Positions 27,370 to 36,351 of a DNA stretch of 36,351 nucleotides are shown here, one piece after another. Each line of letters opens with the position of its first letter. Position 1 is the stretch's first letter. Under the pieces are notes generated by a model, which ran no database searches, was not told the origin of the DNA, and saw only the letters and a list, made by a program, of their open reading frames with translations. The DNA lies in NCBI GenBank assembly GCA_047615425.1, contig JBLHGH010000001.1:1-36351 (forward strand). Direction: 5' to 3'. This DNA is from Candidatus Latescibacterota bacterium (lineage in GTDB: Bacteria; Bacteroidota; Bacteroidia; Flavobacteriales; Flavobacteriaceae). Position numbers and translations under genes: made by a program.

Positions 27370-28070
27370 TTGTAGAAGTTTGTGCCAATGGTTTTGAAAG
27401 TGCCCGAAACGCCTATGTTAGTGGCGTAAAGCGCATTGAATTATGCACCCAATTAGCGGTAGGCGGACTCACGCCATCCAGAGGAGAAATATTTGATGTT
27501 TTCAAAACCTTTAAAATGGAAGTCCATGTACTTATTAGGCCTAGAAAAGGTGCCTTTGTATATTCAAATGAAGAACTAGACACCATGATTAAAGATATCG
27601 AACACTGCAAAGAAATAGGCTGCCATGGTGTTGTAAGTGGTGTTTTAACTTCGGAAGGCAATATTGATTTGATAGCCACTAAACGCTTAATAAAAGCCGC
27701 CGACGGGATGGATTTTACTTTTCACCGCGCCTTTGATGAATGCAAAGAACCAAAAAAGGAAATTGAAAGCCTGATTGATTTAGGTGTAGTGAGACTGCTC
27801 AGTTCAGGGCAAGAGCACAAGGCAATTGATGGTTTGGAATTACTAATACAGCTAAAGGACATTGCTGGTGACAGACTAGAAGTCATGCCTGGAAGTGGTA
27901 TTAATGCTGACAATGCACTTGTTTTTAAAACAGCTGGGTTTCCTAGTATTCATTTATCGGCGACATCAAACAAAACCGACGCTAATAGTACGGACTCATT
28001 TTTTGAAATAGGCTCAGAAGGGATTTCCGATAAAAATATCATTTATAAAGTCGTGGGAATAGTGCGTTAA
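27366..28070 (+). CDS. cutC: CutC family TIM-barrel protein
   Basis: EVCA, RIELC..L..GGLTPS, IRPR, FHRAFD, LSSG; ATGA overlap with GH20. Confidence 0.92.
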   Translation: MIVEVCANGFESARNAYVSGVKRIELCTQLAVGGLTPSRGEIFDVFKTFKMEVHVLIRPRKGAFVYSNEELDTMIKDIEHCKEIGCHGVVSGVLTSEGNIDLIATKRLIKAADGMDFTFHRAFDECKEPKKEIESLIDLGVVRLLSSGQEHKAIDGLELLIQLKDIAGDRLEVMPGSGINADNALVFKTAGFPSIHLSATSNKTDANSTDSFFEIGSEGISDKNIIYKVVGIVR

Positions 28071-28199
28071 CGCACGCCCATTGCCTTCAAAAAGGCCTGA
28101 AACCTGTCCACACTAAACAACAAATATGTGTAAAAAATGATAGCGTAACCAGACGTTAGAGGGAATCTTTCAAATTAAAGATTTTAGTAAGATTCGCGT

Positions 28200-28670
28200 T
28201 TATATCCAACCCGTATAAGGTTTTTTACTTAGTAAGGAATTATAGTAGCGAATATCCCCTGTTACTTCCTCCCCTAGCCATTCTGGTTTGGTAAAGGTTT
28301 CGTTTTCTGAAGAAAGTTCAATTTCCGCAACCACCAATCCTGTGTTGCTTCCGAAGAATTCATCTACCTCAAAAATATGATTTCCAATAGGGATTTCATA
28401 TCGCACCTTTTCAATAATACCTTCTTCGCATATTTTAAGCAGTGATTGCGCTTCAGAAACTGAAATTTCCTTTTCCCACTCGAAGCGTGTTGTGCCTTCT
28501 GTATTTGACAACCCTTTAACGGTTATAAAACCAGTATCTCCTTTCACTCGAACACGTACCGTGCGTTCTTTGTGGGTGTTTAAAAACCCTTGTATTATGC
28601 GTTCTTGTGTTTTAGCTGTCTTCTTAAACGCTTCCGAATTAACCAAAAATTTACGTTCTATTTCAACCAT
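28200..28670 (-). CDS. CYTH domain (triphosphate tunnel metalloenzyme) protein
   Basis: EIERKF, RVR, EWE, EVDEF, AEIEL. Confidence 0.92.
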   Translation of the reverse strand: MVEIERKFLVNSEAFKKTAKTQERIIQGFLNTHKERTVRVRVKGDTGFITVKGLSNTEGTTRFEWEKEISVSEAQSLLKICEEGIIEKVRYEIPIGNHIFEVDEFFGSNTGLVVAEIELSSENETFTKPEWLGEEVTGDIRYYNSLLSKKPYTGWI

Positions 28671-28783
28671 ATCAGTTTATTCTCTAGGGTAGATTACTGC
28701 TGCTTTAACCTGCATGACAGACCATAATTTGATTGAGACTCATGCTGTGTAAAAATAGCAAGAATCTGTACAAATGGCTGGCT

Positions 28784-29683
28784 TTAAAGCGGATTAATCA
28801 TTTTGTTTTTAAGAGCTGCATATTGAAACCCACTTTTCCACCATTGTCTCATTTTCTCTTTATTAAAAACAAGTGAGTTTGTAGTTAAGACAGTTGGGGT
28901 ATAGTATAGGTTTATGATTACATTGTTATTCTTTGCCGCAAACTTTCCAATAGCAATATTTTGTTTTTCGATTCGATCAATCATAAAATCGTGTAAATTG
29001 GAAATCAATGAAAACACATTCTTTGACGCTAATCTGTTATAATAGGTGACTTCAGTTTCCAATACAATAACATCCACCTCCTTGGCCCCACGATCAATAG
29101 CTTCTTTTATTGGAACAATACTGCCAAACCCTCCATCTGCGTATTCACAGCCATTTTTAGTGACCAAGCTCATGAAGGGCACATAGTTGCTTGAAATCCA
29201 AACCCAATCACAATAATCTTCATAGCTCACATCTTTAACCGATTTATACTCTGTAGTATGTAAAGAAAGGTTAGAAACCGTTATCACAACATCCTTTTGT
29301 CCCTGCTGTAATTGTTCGAATTCATCTTTGGAAAGGGTATTCTTTATGAGGCGTTTTAAATGATGACTTTCTCCAAAAGTCTTTTTTCCTCTCAAGAAGT
29401 TATAAAGCACCTTAAAGTGATTTATAGAAATTTGTTGTTCGCCCAGCTTATCCTTTTTGATAATAAAAGGACAATTGCTAAAAATCGAACTTTGCGTAAC
29501 CGACGTATAAACTTCTTTTATTTTGGCAACCTTATTTAATGCTAAATGAGATATAAGCAAGCTTCCTGTTGAAGAACCAATAAACAGATCATAATCCCGA
29601 TTTTCTTCTTCAATTAAATATTGAGCGACCCCGCCACCAAATGCGCCCTTACTTCCTCCTCCAGAAATTACCAATGCCTTCAT
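28784..29683 (-). CDS. Patatin-like phospholipase
   Basis: SGGGSKG, GSSTG, DGG. Confidence 0.9.
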   Translation of the reverse strand: MKALVISGGGSKGAFGGGVAQYLIEEENRDYDLFIGSSTGSLLISHLALNKVAKIKEVYTSVTQSSIFSNCPFIIKKDKLGEQQISINHFKVLYNFLRGKKTFGESHHLKRLIKNTLSKDEFEQLQQGQKDVVITVSNLSLHTTEYKSVKDVSYEDYCDWVWISSNYVPFMSLVTKNGCEYADGGFGSIVPIKEAIDRGAKEVDVIVLETEVTYYNRLASKNVFSLISNLHDFMIDRIEKQNIAIGKFAAKNNNVIINLYYTPTVLTTNSLVFNKEKMRQWWKSGFQYAALKNKMINPL

Positions 29684-29802
29684 AAACTTGTGTTTAACCC
29701 TTTTGTTATAAGAAATTTTAATTGCTTAAAGATAATAGCTTCAATCGAAATGACCTTGACCTTAAGGTAGATTGTAAAACTAGTCTTCCGTAAATTTACA
29801 CT

Positions 29803-30909
29803 ATGAATGAGATTGTTCCTATCCGAAAGATAATCCATGTTGACATGGACGCGTTTTATGCATCGGTGGAACAGTTGGACAATCCCGATCTCATTGGCAA
29901 GCCTGTGGCCGTTGGCGGAGGTGGCCCACGTGGTGTTGTGAGTGCGGCTAGTTATGAGGCGCGAAAATATGGAGTTCGTTCTGCAATGAGTGGCACTATG
30001 GCGCGTAAGCTATGTCCTGATTTAATTTTTGTGAAGACAAACTTTGAACGCTATGGTGCTATTTCAAAACAAATACGAAAAATTTTTAATGATTATACAG
30101 ACCTAGTGGAGCCCCTTTCATTAGATGAAGCATACCTTGATGTAACAGAAAACAAAAAAGGAAATCCATCTGCGACACTCATTGCTTCGGAAATTAGACA
30201 GCGTATCAAAGAAAAAACAGGCCTCAATGCATCTGCTGGTATTTCAATCAACAAATTCATCGCCAAAATAGCGAGCGACATCAATAAACCCAATGGACAA
30301 AAAACAATTCCTCCAGAAGAGGTAATTGATTTTTTAGACGGCCTCGATGTCAAAAAGTTTTATGGCGTTGGAAAAGTGACCAAGAAAAAAATGTATCTAC
30401 ACGGAATCTACACTGGAAAAGATTTAAAACGGCAGACCGCTGAATACTTGCAGGAACACTTTGGGAAAAGTGGTGCTTCCTATTATCATATTGTCCGTGG
30501 GGTTCATACGAGTCCGGTAAAACCTTCCCGGCTTCAGAAATCGTTAGCTGCTGAACGCACCTTCAATAAAAACATCTCAAGCGAGGTTTATATGCTGGAG
30601 CGCTTAAACGAAATTTCCGCCGAAGTAGAACGCCGACTAAAAAAAAACAAAATTGCAGGAAAAACCATTACGCTTAAAATTAAGTATAGTGATTTTACGT
30701 TACAAACCAGGTCCAAGACATTACCGCTATATATTGCAAATGCGGGGTTAATCATGGAAACTGTTAAAGATTTGTTATTTCAGGAAAAAATGAAAGATTC
30801 GGTACGTTTGTTGGGAATCTCATTATCAAATCTCAATAACGAGAAAAAAAAGGAACTGAAAAAACCTCCCGAAGAACAAATTGAGGTACAACTTAAAATT
30901 GATTTCTAG
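29803..30909 (+). CDS. dinB: DNA polymerase IV
   Basis: HVDMDAFYASVE, SYEARKYGV, SLDEAYLD, C-terminal clamp-binding-like QLKIDF. Confidence 0.95.
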   Translation: MNEIVPIRKIIHVDMDAFYASVEQLDNPDLIGKPVAVGGGGPRGVVSAASYEARKYGVRSAMSGTMARKLCPDLIFVKTNFERYGAISKQIRKIFNDYTDLVEPLSLDEAYLDVTENKKGNPSATLIASEIRQRIKEKTGLNASAGISINKFIAKIASDINKPNGQKTIPPEEVIDFLDGLDVKKFYGVGKVTKKKMYLHGIYTGKDLKRQTAEYLQEHFGKSGASYYHIVRGVHTSPVKPSRLQKSLAAERTFNKNISSEVYMLERLNEISAEVERRLKKNKIAGKTITLKIKYSDFTLQTRSKTLPLYIANAGLIMETVKDLLFQEKMKDSVRLLGISLSNLNNEKKKELKKPPEEQIEVQLKIDF

Positions 30910-30953
30910 CGTATGTGAAAAACTACTTTTATTAACTCTAAACTATATCTAAT

Positions 30954-31745
30954 ATGAGAAAAGTAGCTTATTCCATCGCGGCAATTGCGTTTATAACATT
31001 ATTCGCAGCTTGCAAAAATGACGTTGAAACGTCACAAAGTACAGAGGCAGAAACTAAACCCAGCAACCTTGCTGTCGCTGATATTCCTGAGGCTGAAAAT
31101 CCAGCGGAAACAATCCACTTTTTATACGTAACCGCTCCAAGCGGATTGAGCCTTCGGGAATTCAATAATTTAAATAGCGAACGATTGGCGAATATGCCCT
31201 ACGGCACTAAAGTAAAAGTGATTAAAGCAGAAGAAAACGCAACGATGACCTTAGCAGGGGTTAAAGGAGCCATGGACGAGGTAGAATTTAATCACAAAAC
31301 TGGATTTGCTTTCACAGGATATCTGTCTAAATTTTTTCCTCCGGAAAGAGACATTTCAGCAAAAGGGTACGCAGCAGGTTTAAAAAAATCCTTTCCTAAG
31401 GTTCACTTTACGGAATCAACTGGCGGCACTGCGAGCGCACCTGCACGCACAGAAACGATTATGCTCCCAACAACCTCTTGGCACGAGGCCTACTTCATTG
31501 GGCAACGTTTGTTTGATTTTCCGAAAGAATTTACTTTCCCTAATCCAAAGGGTGAAAATGAAGAAACAATCTTTGACGGCAAGCCTAAAAAAGGTGTTTG
31601 GAAAAGTGAGCTTCAAATAACACGAAATGCTAACGAATTACAACAAATTGAATATGTATATGGATCAGAGAAGTTTGATCTAACCATTACAATTGCACAA
31701 GAAGGTGAAATGATGAAGGTTTCAAAAACGGAAGTGCTTAAGTAG
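30954..31745 (+). CDS. SH3b domain lipoprotein
   Basis: Lipobox AAC, YVTAPSGLSLRE, GFAFTGYLS. Confidence 0.7.
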   Translation: MRKVAYSIAAIAFITLFAACKNDVETSQSTEAETKPSNLAVADIPEAENPAETIHFLYVTAPSGLSLREFNNLNSERLANMPYGTKVKVIKAEENATMTLAGVKGAMDEVEFNHKTGFAFTGYLSKFFPPERDISAKGYAAGLKKSFPKVHFTESTGGTASAPARTETIMLPTTSWHEAYFIGQRLFDFPKEFTFPNPKGENEETIFDGKPKKGVWKSELQITRNANELQQIEYVYGSEKFDLTITIAQEGEMMKVSKTEVLK

Positions 31746-31761
31746 CTTTTTTTGTTCAAAA

Positions 31762-31798
31762 ATTATCACTGTCTTTCACATTGAAGGACGGTGATAAT
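31762..31798. terminator. Hairpin between convergent genes (probable terminator)
   Basis: ATTATCACTGTCTTTCA-CAT-TGAAGGACGGTGATAAT, 17-bp stem with two G:U pairs on the plus strand. Confidence 0.7.
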
Positions 31799-31801
31799 AA
31801 T

Positions 31802-33229
31802 TTATACCTGAGAAACGCGTAATGTATTCACCATTCCTTTATCAACAATAGGCATAGCGGCTAGGTTAACTAGATAATCACCTTTTTTCACAAAGCCATT
31901 TTCGTATGCAATTCGGTTTACATCAACTACCGTCTCATCTGTGCTTACAAACTTGTCATAATAGAAAGACTTCACGCCCCAAAGTAAATTAAGTCTTGAA
32001 AGAATTCTTCGGTTTGAAGTATATACCAAAATATGGGCGTCAGGACGCCAAGCTGAAATTTGAAAAGCCGTATATCCACTATTTGTCAAGGTGCAAATTG
32101 CCGTTGCTTCAATTTCATTCGCCATAGTAGCGGCATGATAACATATTGATTTGGTTATATATCTGTTGGTCCTAATATTTGGTGGTTCGTGTGGCACGCT
32201 AATCAGTTTACTATTTTCAACATTTCTACAAATATTAGCCACTGTTTTAATCACTTCAACTGGATATTTTCCAACAGAAGTTTCTCCACTCAACATTACA
32301 GCATCTGCACCATCCATGATACTATTGGCAACATCGTTCACCTCAGCTCTCGTTGGCGTTAGTGAAGTAATCATTGTTTCCATCATTTGTGTTGCTATAA
32401 TCACGGGGATCCGAGCTCGTTTTGCAATAAGCACCAATTCCTTTTGAATAAGTGGAACTTCAGCTGCAGGTACTTCAACACCCAAATCACCACGAGCAAC
32501 CATTAAACCATCACAATAGGCCACTATTTTGTCAATATTCTCAACCGCCTCCGGTTTTTCAATTTTGGCAATAATTGGAATTTTGTATTCACTATGCTTT
32601 TCGACGAGTGCCTGCAGTTCTTGAAGGTCTTCTGCATGACGCACAAAAGAAAGCGCGAGCCAATCTACTTCTTGAGAAATTGCAAAGATTGCATCCTTTT
32701 TATCTTTATCGGTTAGCGCCGGTAGTGAGATATTTGTATTTGGAAGATTTACACCTTTACGTGATCGCAAGGGTCCACCCTGAATAACCTTGGTCTTAAC
32801 CTCATCCTTCTTATTGGTTTCCAACACTTCAAACATCAGCTTACCGTCATCCAATAAGATGTTTTCTCCCGGTTTAACATCCTTCGGAAAACCGCCATAA
32901 TTCATATAAACTCGCGCTGCGGTTCCCTCAAACTCTTCTCCGGTACAGAAAGAAATAATATCTCCTGGCCCAACTATGACCTCTTCTTTCATTATTCCAA
33001 TTCGAAGCTTAGGCCCTTGTAAGTCGGCTAAAATTGCAGTACTCCTTCCCAGTTCTTCCCCAAGACTACGAACCATTTTAATAGTCTTTTTTACATCGTC
33101 ATAGTCCGCATGTGAAAAATTAACGCGAAATACATTAACCCCCGCCAAAATCATTTGCTTAAGCGTTTCTTTCTTAGAAGTAGCTGGTCCTAGTGTGGCT
33201 ACAATTTTTGTTTTCTTTTGATCTGGCAT
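31802..33229 (-). CDS. pyk: Pyruvate kinase
   Basis: TKIVATLGP, NFSH, DLQGPK, AKIE, MVARGDLGVE, MLSGET. Confidence 0.97.
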   Translation of the reverse strand: MPDQKKTKIVATLGPATSKKETLKQMILAGVNVFRVNFSHADYDDVKKTIKMVRSLGEELGRSTAILADLQGPKLRIGIMKEEVIVGPGDIISFCTGEEFEGTAARVYMNYGGFPKDVKPGENILLDDGKLMFEVLETNKKDEVKTKVIQGGPLRSRKGVNLPNTNISLPALTDKDKKDAIFAISQEVDWLALSFVRHAEDLQELQALVEKHSEYKIPIIAKIEKPEAVENIDKIVAYCDGLMVARGDLGVEVPAAEVPLIQKELVLIAKRARIPVIIATQMMETMITSLTPTRAEVNDVANSIMDGADAVMLSGETSVGKYPVEVIKTVANICRNVENSKLISVPHEPPNIRTNRYITKSICYHAATMANEIEATAICTLTNSGYTAFQISAWRPDAHILVYTSNRRILSRLNLLWGVKSFYYDKFVSTDETVVDVNRIAYENGFVKKGDYLVNLAAMPIVDKGMVNTLRVSQV

Positions 33230-33720
33230 TGGTCGAATATTAAATTATTTCTTGATTTTATAGTTTCTGATGGTACTGGGTAGGCAGAAATGACTTGTTT
33301 TATTTCGTTGATGGCGAGGCTTAATTTTTTAAGAGCTACCGCTTTGTAATCTGAAGAAATTTTCAGAAAAAAATCAACTGTTTTCAATTCAGGAAGCAGG
33401 TATGTAATAACCGTTTTTTCTGAAGATTCTGCCTCAAACAGTCCGCCGCTTGATTGTATTTGAGCTTCTTTTGACTTACACTTGTTTCCTACTAAATGAT
33501 AGTGCGTGTATTGTGAGGTATCTTCAAATTGAAACAAAGGGAAGGTAACATCGAGTCCGCTGCTAGAGAAATCTAAGTCTAATTCACATCGGAGAAGCCG
33601 CAAAGATACATATTTATTGAGGAAAAAAGCCACCTTATAGGCCTCGTCACTGCAGTGAATAGCAACTATTGAGTAGTCTTCGGAGAAATCGTCATCCAAT
33701 ACAAGTTTGTGAAGCGCCAT
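33199..33720 (-). CDS. IPExxxVDY family protein
   Basis: MALHKLVL, IAIHC-like VAIHC, LLPELKTVDF variant motif, KSRNNLIF; lies between rnc and pyk. Confidence 0.8.
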   Translation of the reverse strand: MALHKLVLDDDFSEDYSIVAIHCSDEAYKVAFFLNKYVSLRLLRCELDLDFSSSGLDVTFPLFQFEDTSQYTHYHLVGNKCKSKEAQIQSSGGLFEAESSEKTVITYLLPELKTVDFFLKISSDYKAVALKKLSLAINEIKQVISAYPVPSETIKSRNNLIFDQCQIKRKQKL

Positions 33721-33852
33721 AATATATTATGAGCAACTAAAGACGTAGTGGGAGGTCTGTTGCGAAATTCGGTATAAAATTAAGGATTGTTTATGAAACT
33801 ATGGCGGCTCTTAAGCAAAATCTATGTTAACAATATGGTTTTTATGCTAAAC

Positions 33853-34599
33853 CTAGGCCATTTCGCTGTCTATCGTTGGCTGAAGTTTGTAATACGCTCT
33901 TTTAGCGGCACGTTCTTCGGCTTTCTTTTTAGAAGTTGCCCGAGCCTTCCCAACAACTTTATCATCAAGTTGAAGTTTTACGGCAAAATGCTTGAGGGCG
34001 TCTGCGCCTGTGTCTTCATAGACTGCAAACTTGAATTTTGTTTTGTTTTTTTGACACCACTCTATGATTAGGCTCTTATAGCTGATAATCTTACCCTCCA
34101 GTTTCTTAATATCCACGTAAGGTTTAATTACCCGTCTATTTATAAACTTTTTACAGTATGGATAACCACGATCCAAATAAATGGCACCCAACAAGGCTTC
34201 AAATACATTTCCATGAATGTTTTCACCGAACTGTTTCGTTGGAATGGATGTCTTGACTAAAGCGATGAGATTGAGGTCGCGACCCAATTCATTCAAATGT
34301 TCTCTGCTTACTACTTTAGACCGCATCTTTGTTAAATAGCCTTCGTTTCCTCCAGGGACTTCTCTAAAAAGATGAGATGCAATAACGGCGCTCAACATGG
34401 CATCGCCTAAGAACTCTAAACGCTCATAATTTTGAGAATGTCCTTCACTATTTTTTTCGTTGGTAGATCTGTGCGTAAAGGCTTCCTCGTAGAGTGTGAT
34501 GTCTTTTGGTTTAAATACTAATATCTTTTTTAATTCTAAAAAAAAGCTCCCGTCGGAAGGTGCGCCGCGGGAACTAAATATGTTTTTTATGGAAGCCAT
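33853..34599 (-). CDS. rnc: Ribonuclease III
   Basis: FTHRS, ERLEFLGDA, FEALLGAIYLD, dsRBD SKKKAEE. Confidence 0.97.
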   Translation of the reverse strand: MASIKNIFSSRGAPSDGSFFLELKKILVFKPKDITLYEEAFTHRSTNEKNSEGHSQNYERLEFLGDAMLSAVIASHLFREVPGGNEGYLTKMRSKVVSREHLNELGRDLNLIALVKTSIPTKQFGENIHGNVFEALLGAIYLDRGYPYCKKFINRRVIKPYVDIKKLEGKIISYKSLIIEWCQKNKTKFKFAVYEDTGADALKHFAVKLQLDDKVVGKARATSKKKAEERAAKRAYYKLQPTIDSEMA

Positions 34600-34608
34600 A
34601 TGGGTAAT

Positions 34609-35862
34609 TTACTCATCCAGTTTTCTGAATAGAACACAAGCGTTGTGTCCTCCAAAACCAAAGGTATTACTCATGGCTATATTAACCTCTCGAGCCTGAG
34701 CTTCATTTAAAGTAAGGTTCAACGAAGGGTCAATATTTTCGTCCACTGTAGAGTGATTAATCGTTGGTGGCACTAAATTATGCTGCATTGCCAAAATGGA
34801 TGCAATGGCTTCAATAGCCCCTGCCGCTCCCAACAGATGGCCCGTCATGGATTTGGTAGAGTTTATGTTAATGTGATTGGCATGTGCTCCAAATATCTTA
34901 CTAATCGCTTTTAGTTCAGCAACATCTCCTAGCGGTGTTGAAGTACCATGTGTGTTTATGGCATGTACATCCTCTGGCTTGATACCTGCGTCATTGAGAC
35001 AATTTATCATTACGCGCTCTACGCCTATTCCCTCAGGATGTGGTGCGGTCATGTGATATGCATCACTCGACATACCCCCACCAATAACCTCGGCATATAT
35101 TTTTGCCCCTCGTTCCTTAGCGTGCTCATACTCTTCAAGAATAAGCGCTCCGGCTCCCTCTCCTAGAACAAACCCATCACGTGTGGCGTCAAAAGGTCTT
35201 GATGCTGTTTCTGGACTTTCATTCAAAGTAGAAAGGGCATGCATGGCATTAAAACCACCCACACCTGCTTTAGTCACCGCAGCTTCACTACCACCCGTTA
35301 CAATGATATCACAAGTTCCTAAACGTATATAGTTTAGTGCATCAATCATTGCGTTTGCAGAAGAAGCACAGGCAGAAACCGTTGTATAATTCGGTCCCAT
35401 AAAGCCATGCTTGATAGAGATATTCCCAGGGGCGATATCCGCTATCATTTTTGGTATAAAGAAGGGGTTGAAACGTGGTGTTCCATCCCCTTCTGCAAAG
35501 TTTATTACCTCATCTTGAAAAGTTTCTAAGCCTCCAATTCCTGCTCCCCAAATAACACCAACTCGAAACTTGTCAACCGTGTCGAGATTAATTCCAGCAT
35601 CCTTAATGGCTTCGTCACTTGAAACAAGAGCGTATTGAGCGAAGCGGTCTAATCTTCGAGCTTCTTTTCTATCAAAATGTTGTAATGGGTCAAAGTTTTT
35701 AAGCTCGCAAGCGAATTTCGTTTTGAACTTTTCAGCATCAAAATAAGTAATGGGCGCACAGCCACTTCTACCATTTTTAAGACCGTCCCAGAATTCTGAC
35801 ACGGTATTTCCAATAGGGGTAAGGGCTCCTAGGCCTGTAACAACAACTCGCTTTAATTCCAT
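34609..35862 (-). CDS. fabF: 3-oxoacyl-ACP synthase II
   Basis: RVVVTGLG, SACAS, HGTST, GHLLGAAG, FGFGG. Confidence 0.97.
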   Translation of the reverse strand: MELKRVVVTGLGALTPIGNTVSEFWDGLKNGRSGCAPITYFDAEKFKTKFACELKNFDPLQHFDRKEARRLDRFAQYALVSSDEAIKDAGINLDTVDKFRVGVIWGAGIGGLETFQDEVINFAEGDGTPRFNPFFIPKMIADIAPGNISIKHGFMGPNYTTVSACASSANAMIDALNYIRLGTCDIIVTGGSEAAVTKAGVGGFNAMHALSTLNESPETASRPFDATRDGFVLGEGAGALILEEYEHAKERGAKIYAEVIGGGMSSDAYHMTAPHPEGIGVERVMINCLNDAGIKPEDVHAINTHGTSTPLGDVAELKAISKIFGAHANHININSTKSMTGHLLGAAGAIEAIASILAMQHNLVPPTINHSTVDENIDPSLNLTLNEAQAREVNIAMSNTFGFGGHNACVLFRKLDE

Positions 35863-35873
35863 AAAGAAGTACT

Positions 35874-36107
35874 TTATTTAGCTTCTTCTATATATGAAAT
35901 CGCTTGACCTACAGTAGCAATATTTTCAGCTTGATCGTCTGGGATTTGAATATCAAATTCTTTTTCAAATTCCATAATAAGCTCTACCGTATCTAGTGAG
36001 TCTGCTCCTAAGTCGTTCGTGAAGCTAGCTTCAATTACAACTTCGTTTTCGTCTACACCTAATTTATCAACGATAATAGCTTTTACTCTTGATGCAATGT
36101 CTGACAT
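35874..36107 (-). CDS. acpP: Acyl carrier protein
   Basis: [11 protein letters not shown]. Confidence 0.98.
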   Translation of the reverse strand: MSDIASRVKAIIVDKLGVDENEVVIEASFTNDLGADSLDTVELIMEFEKEFDIQIPDDQAENIATVGQAISYIEEAK

Positions 36108-36137
36108 AATTCTTGTTTTTAAAATTTAATTAAGTGG

Positions 36138-36145
36138 CAAAAATA
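36138..36145 (-). promoter_or_regulatory. Bacteroidota -7 promoter element for acpP-fabF-rnc
   Basis: TATTTTTG on the minus strand, 30 nt upstream of the ATG. Confidence 0.6.
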
Positions 36146-36283
36146 AAATATTTTAACTAGAAACACGATATTTACTATAAAAGATGAAACCAAATTAAAC
36201 ATTTTTAGTCGAAGTGAAACCCGATTACCTTACTTTTGTTGGTATTTAACTATTTACTTCTGAAAACTCCCAAAGAAACATAG

Positions 36284-36351
36284 ATGAAGAAACGCATTGT
36301 GATTTTTGCTTCGGGTAGTGGCACCAATACTCAAAACGTCATTCAATACTT
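36284..36351 (+). CDS. purN: Phosphoribosylglycinamide formyltransferase, 5' part (runs off window end)
   Basis: MKKRIVIFASGSGTNTQNVIQY; divergent from acpP. Confidence 0.85.
   Translation, partial: MKKRIVIFASGSGTNTQNVIQY

Noticed and set aside
28083-28096. Hairpin after cutC as a terminator
   Set aside because: 5-bp stem without a U tract is too weak to call
28200-30909. Patatin plus CYTH plus polymerase as a CBASS-like system
   Set aside because: No CD-NTase or other CBASS component is present; the genes look like ordinary housekeeping family members
33751-33777. Plus-strand GGAGGT as a Shine-Dalgarno for an antisense gene
   Set aside because: It is followed only by a 5-codon TTG ORF, and Bacteroidota rarely use SD sequences

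Overview
AT-rich chromosomal segment of a Bacteroidota bacterium, most likely a marine Flavobacteriaceae member (inferred from gene order and TAnnTTTG-type promoters). It is mostly conserved core genome. From left to right: the moxR-DUF58-bat (VWA) operon; an SDR, a Schlafen/AlbA_2-like protein and a metallophosphoesterase; an ALDH7-type aldehyde dehydrogenase with 3-hydroxyanthranilate dioxygenase; a CAP lipoprotein; a lipoprotein isoaspartyl peptidase; a tightly packed run of alpha-2-macroglobulin, pbpC, GH2 beta-mannosidase, GH20 hexosaminidase and cutC; CYTH, patatin, dinB and an SH3 lipoprotein; then pyk, IPExxxVDY, rnc, fabF, acpP and the start of purN. I saw no mobile elements, CRISPR arrays, rRNA or tRNA. 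I cannot demonstrate a clearly new system. The best leads are: (i) an N-glycan-core enzyme cassette without susC/susD, fused to the A2M-pbpC locus; (ii) a perfect 15-bp inverted repeat that links the putative nbaC promoter to its start codon; (iii) the Schlafen-like/phosphoesterase pair; (iv) a structured regulatory region upstream of the CAP gene; (v) a Cys-bounded acidic Tyr-rich loop in A2M. All product calls rest on motif recognition, not database searches.
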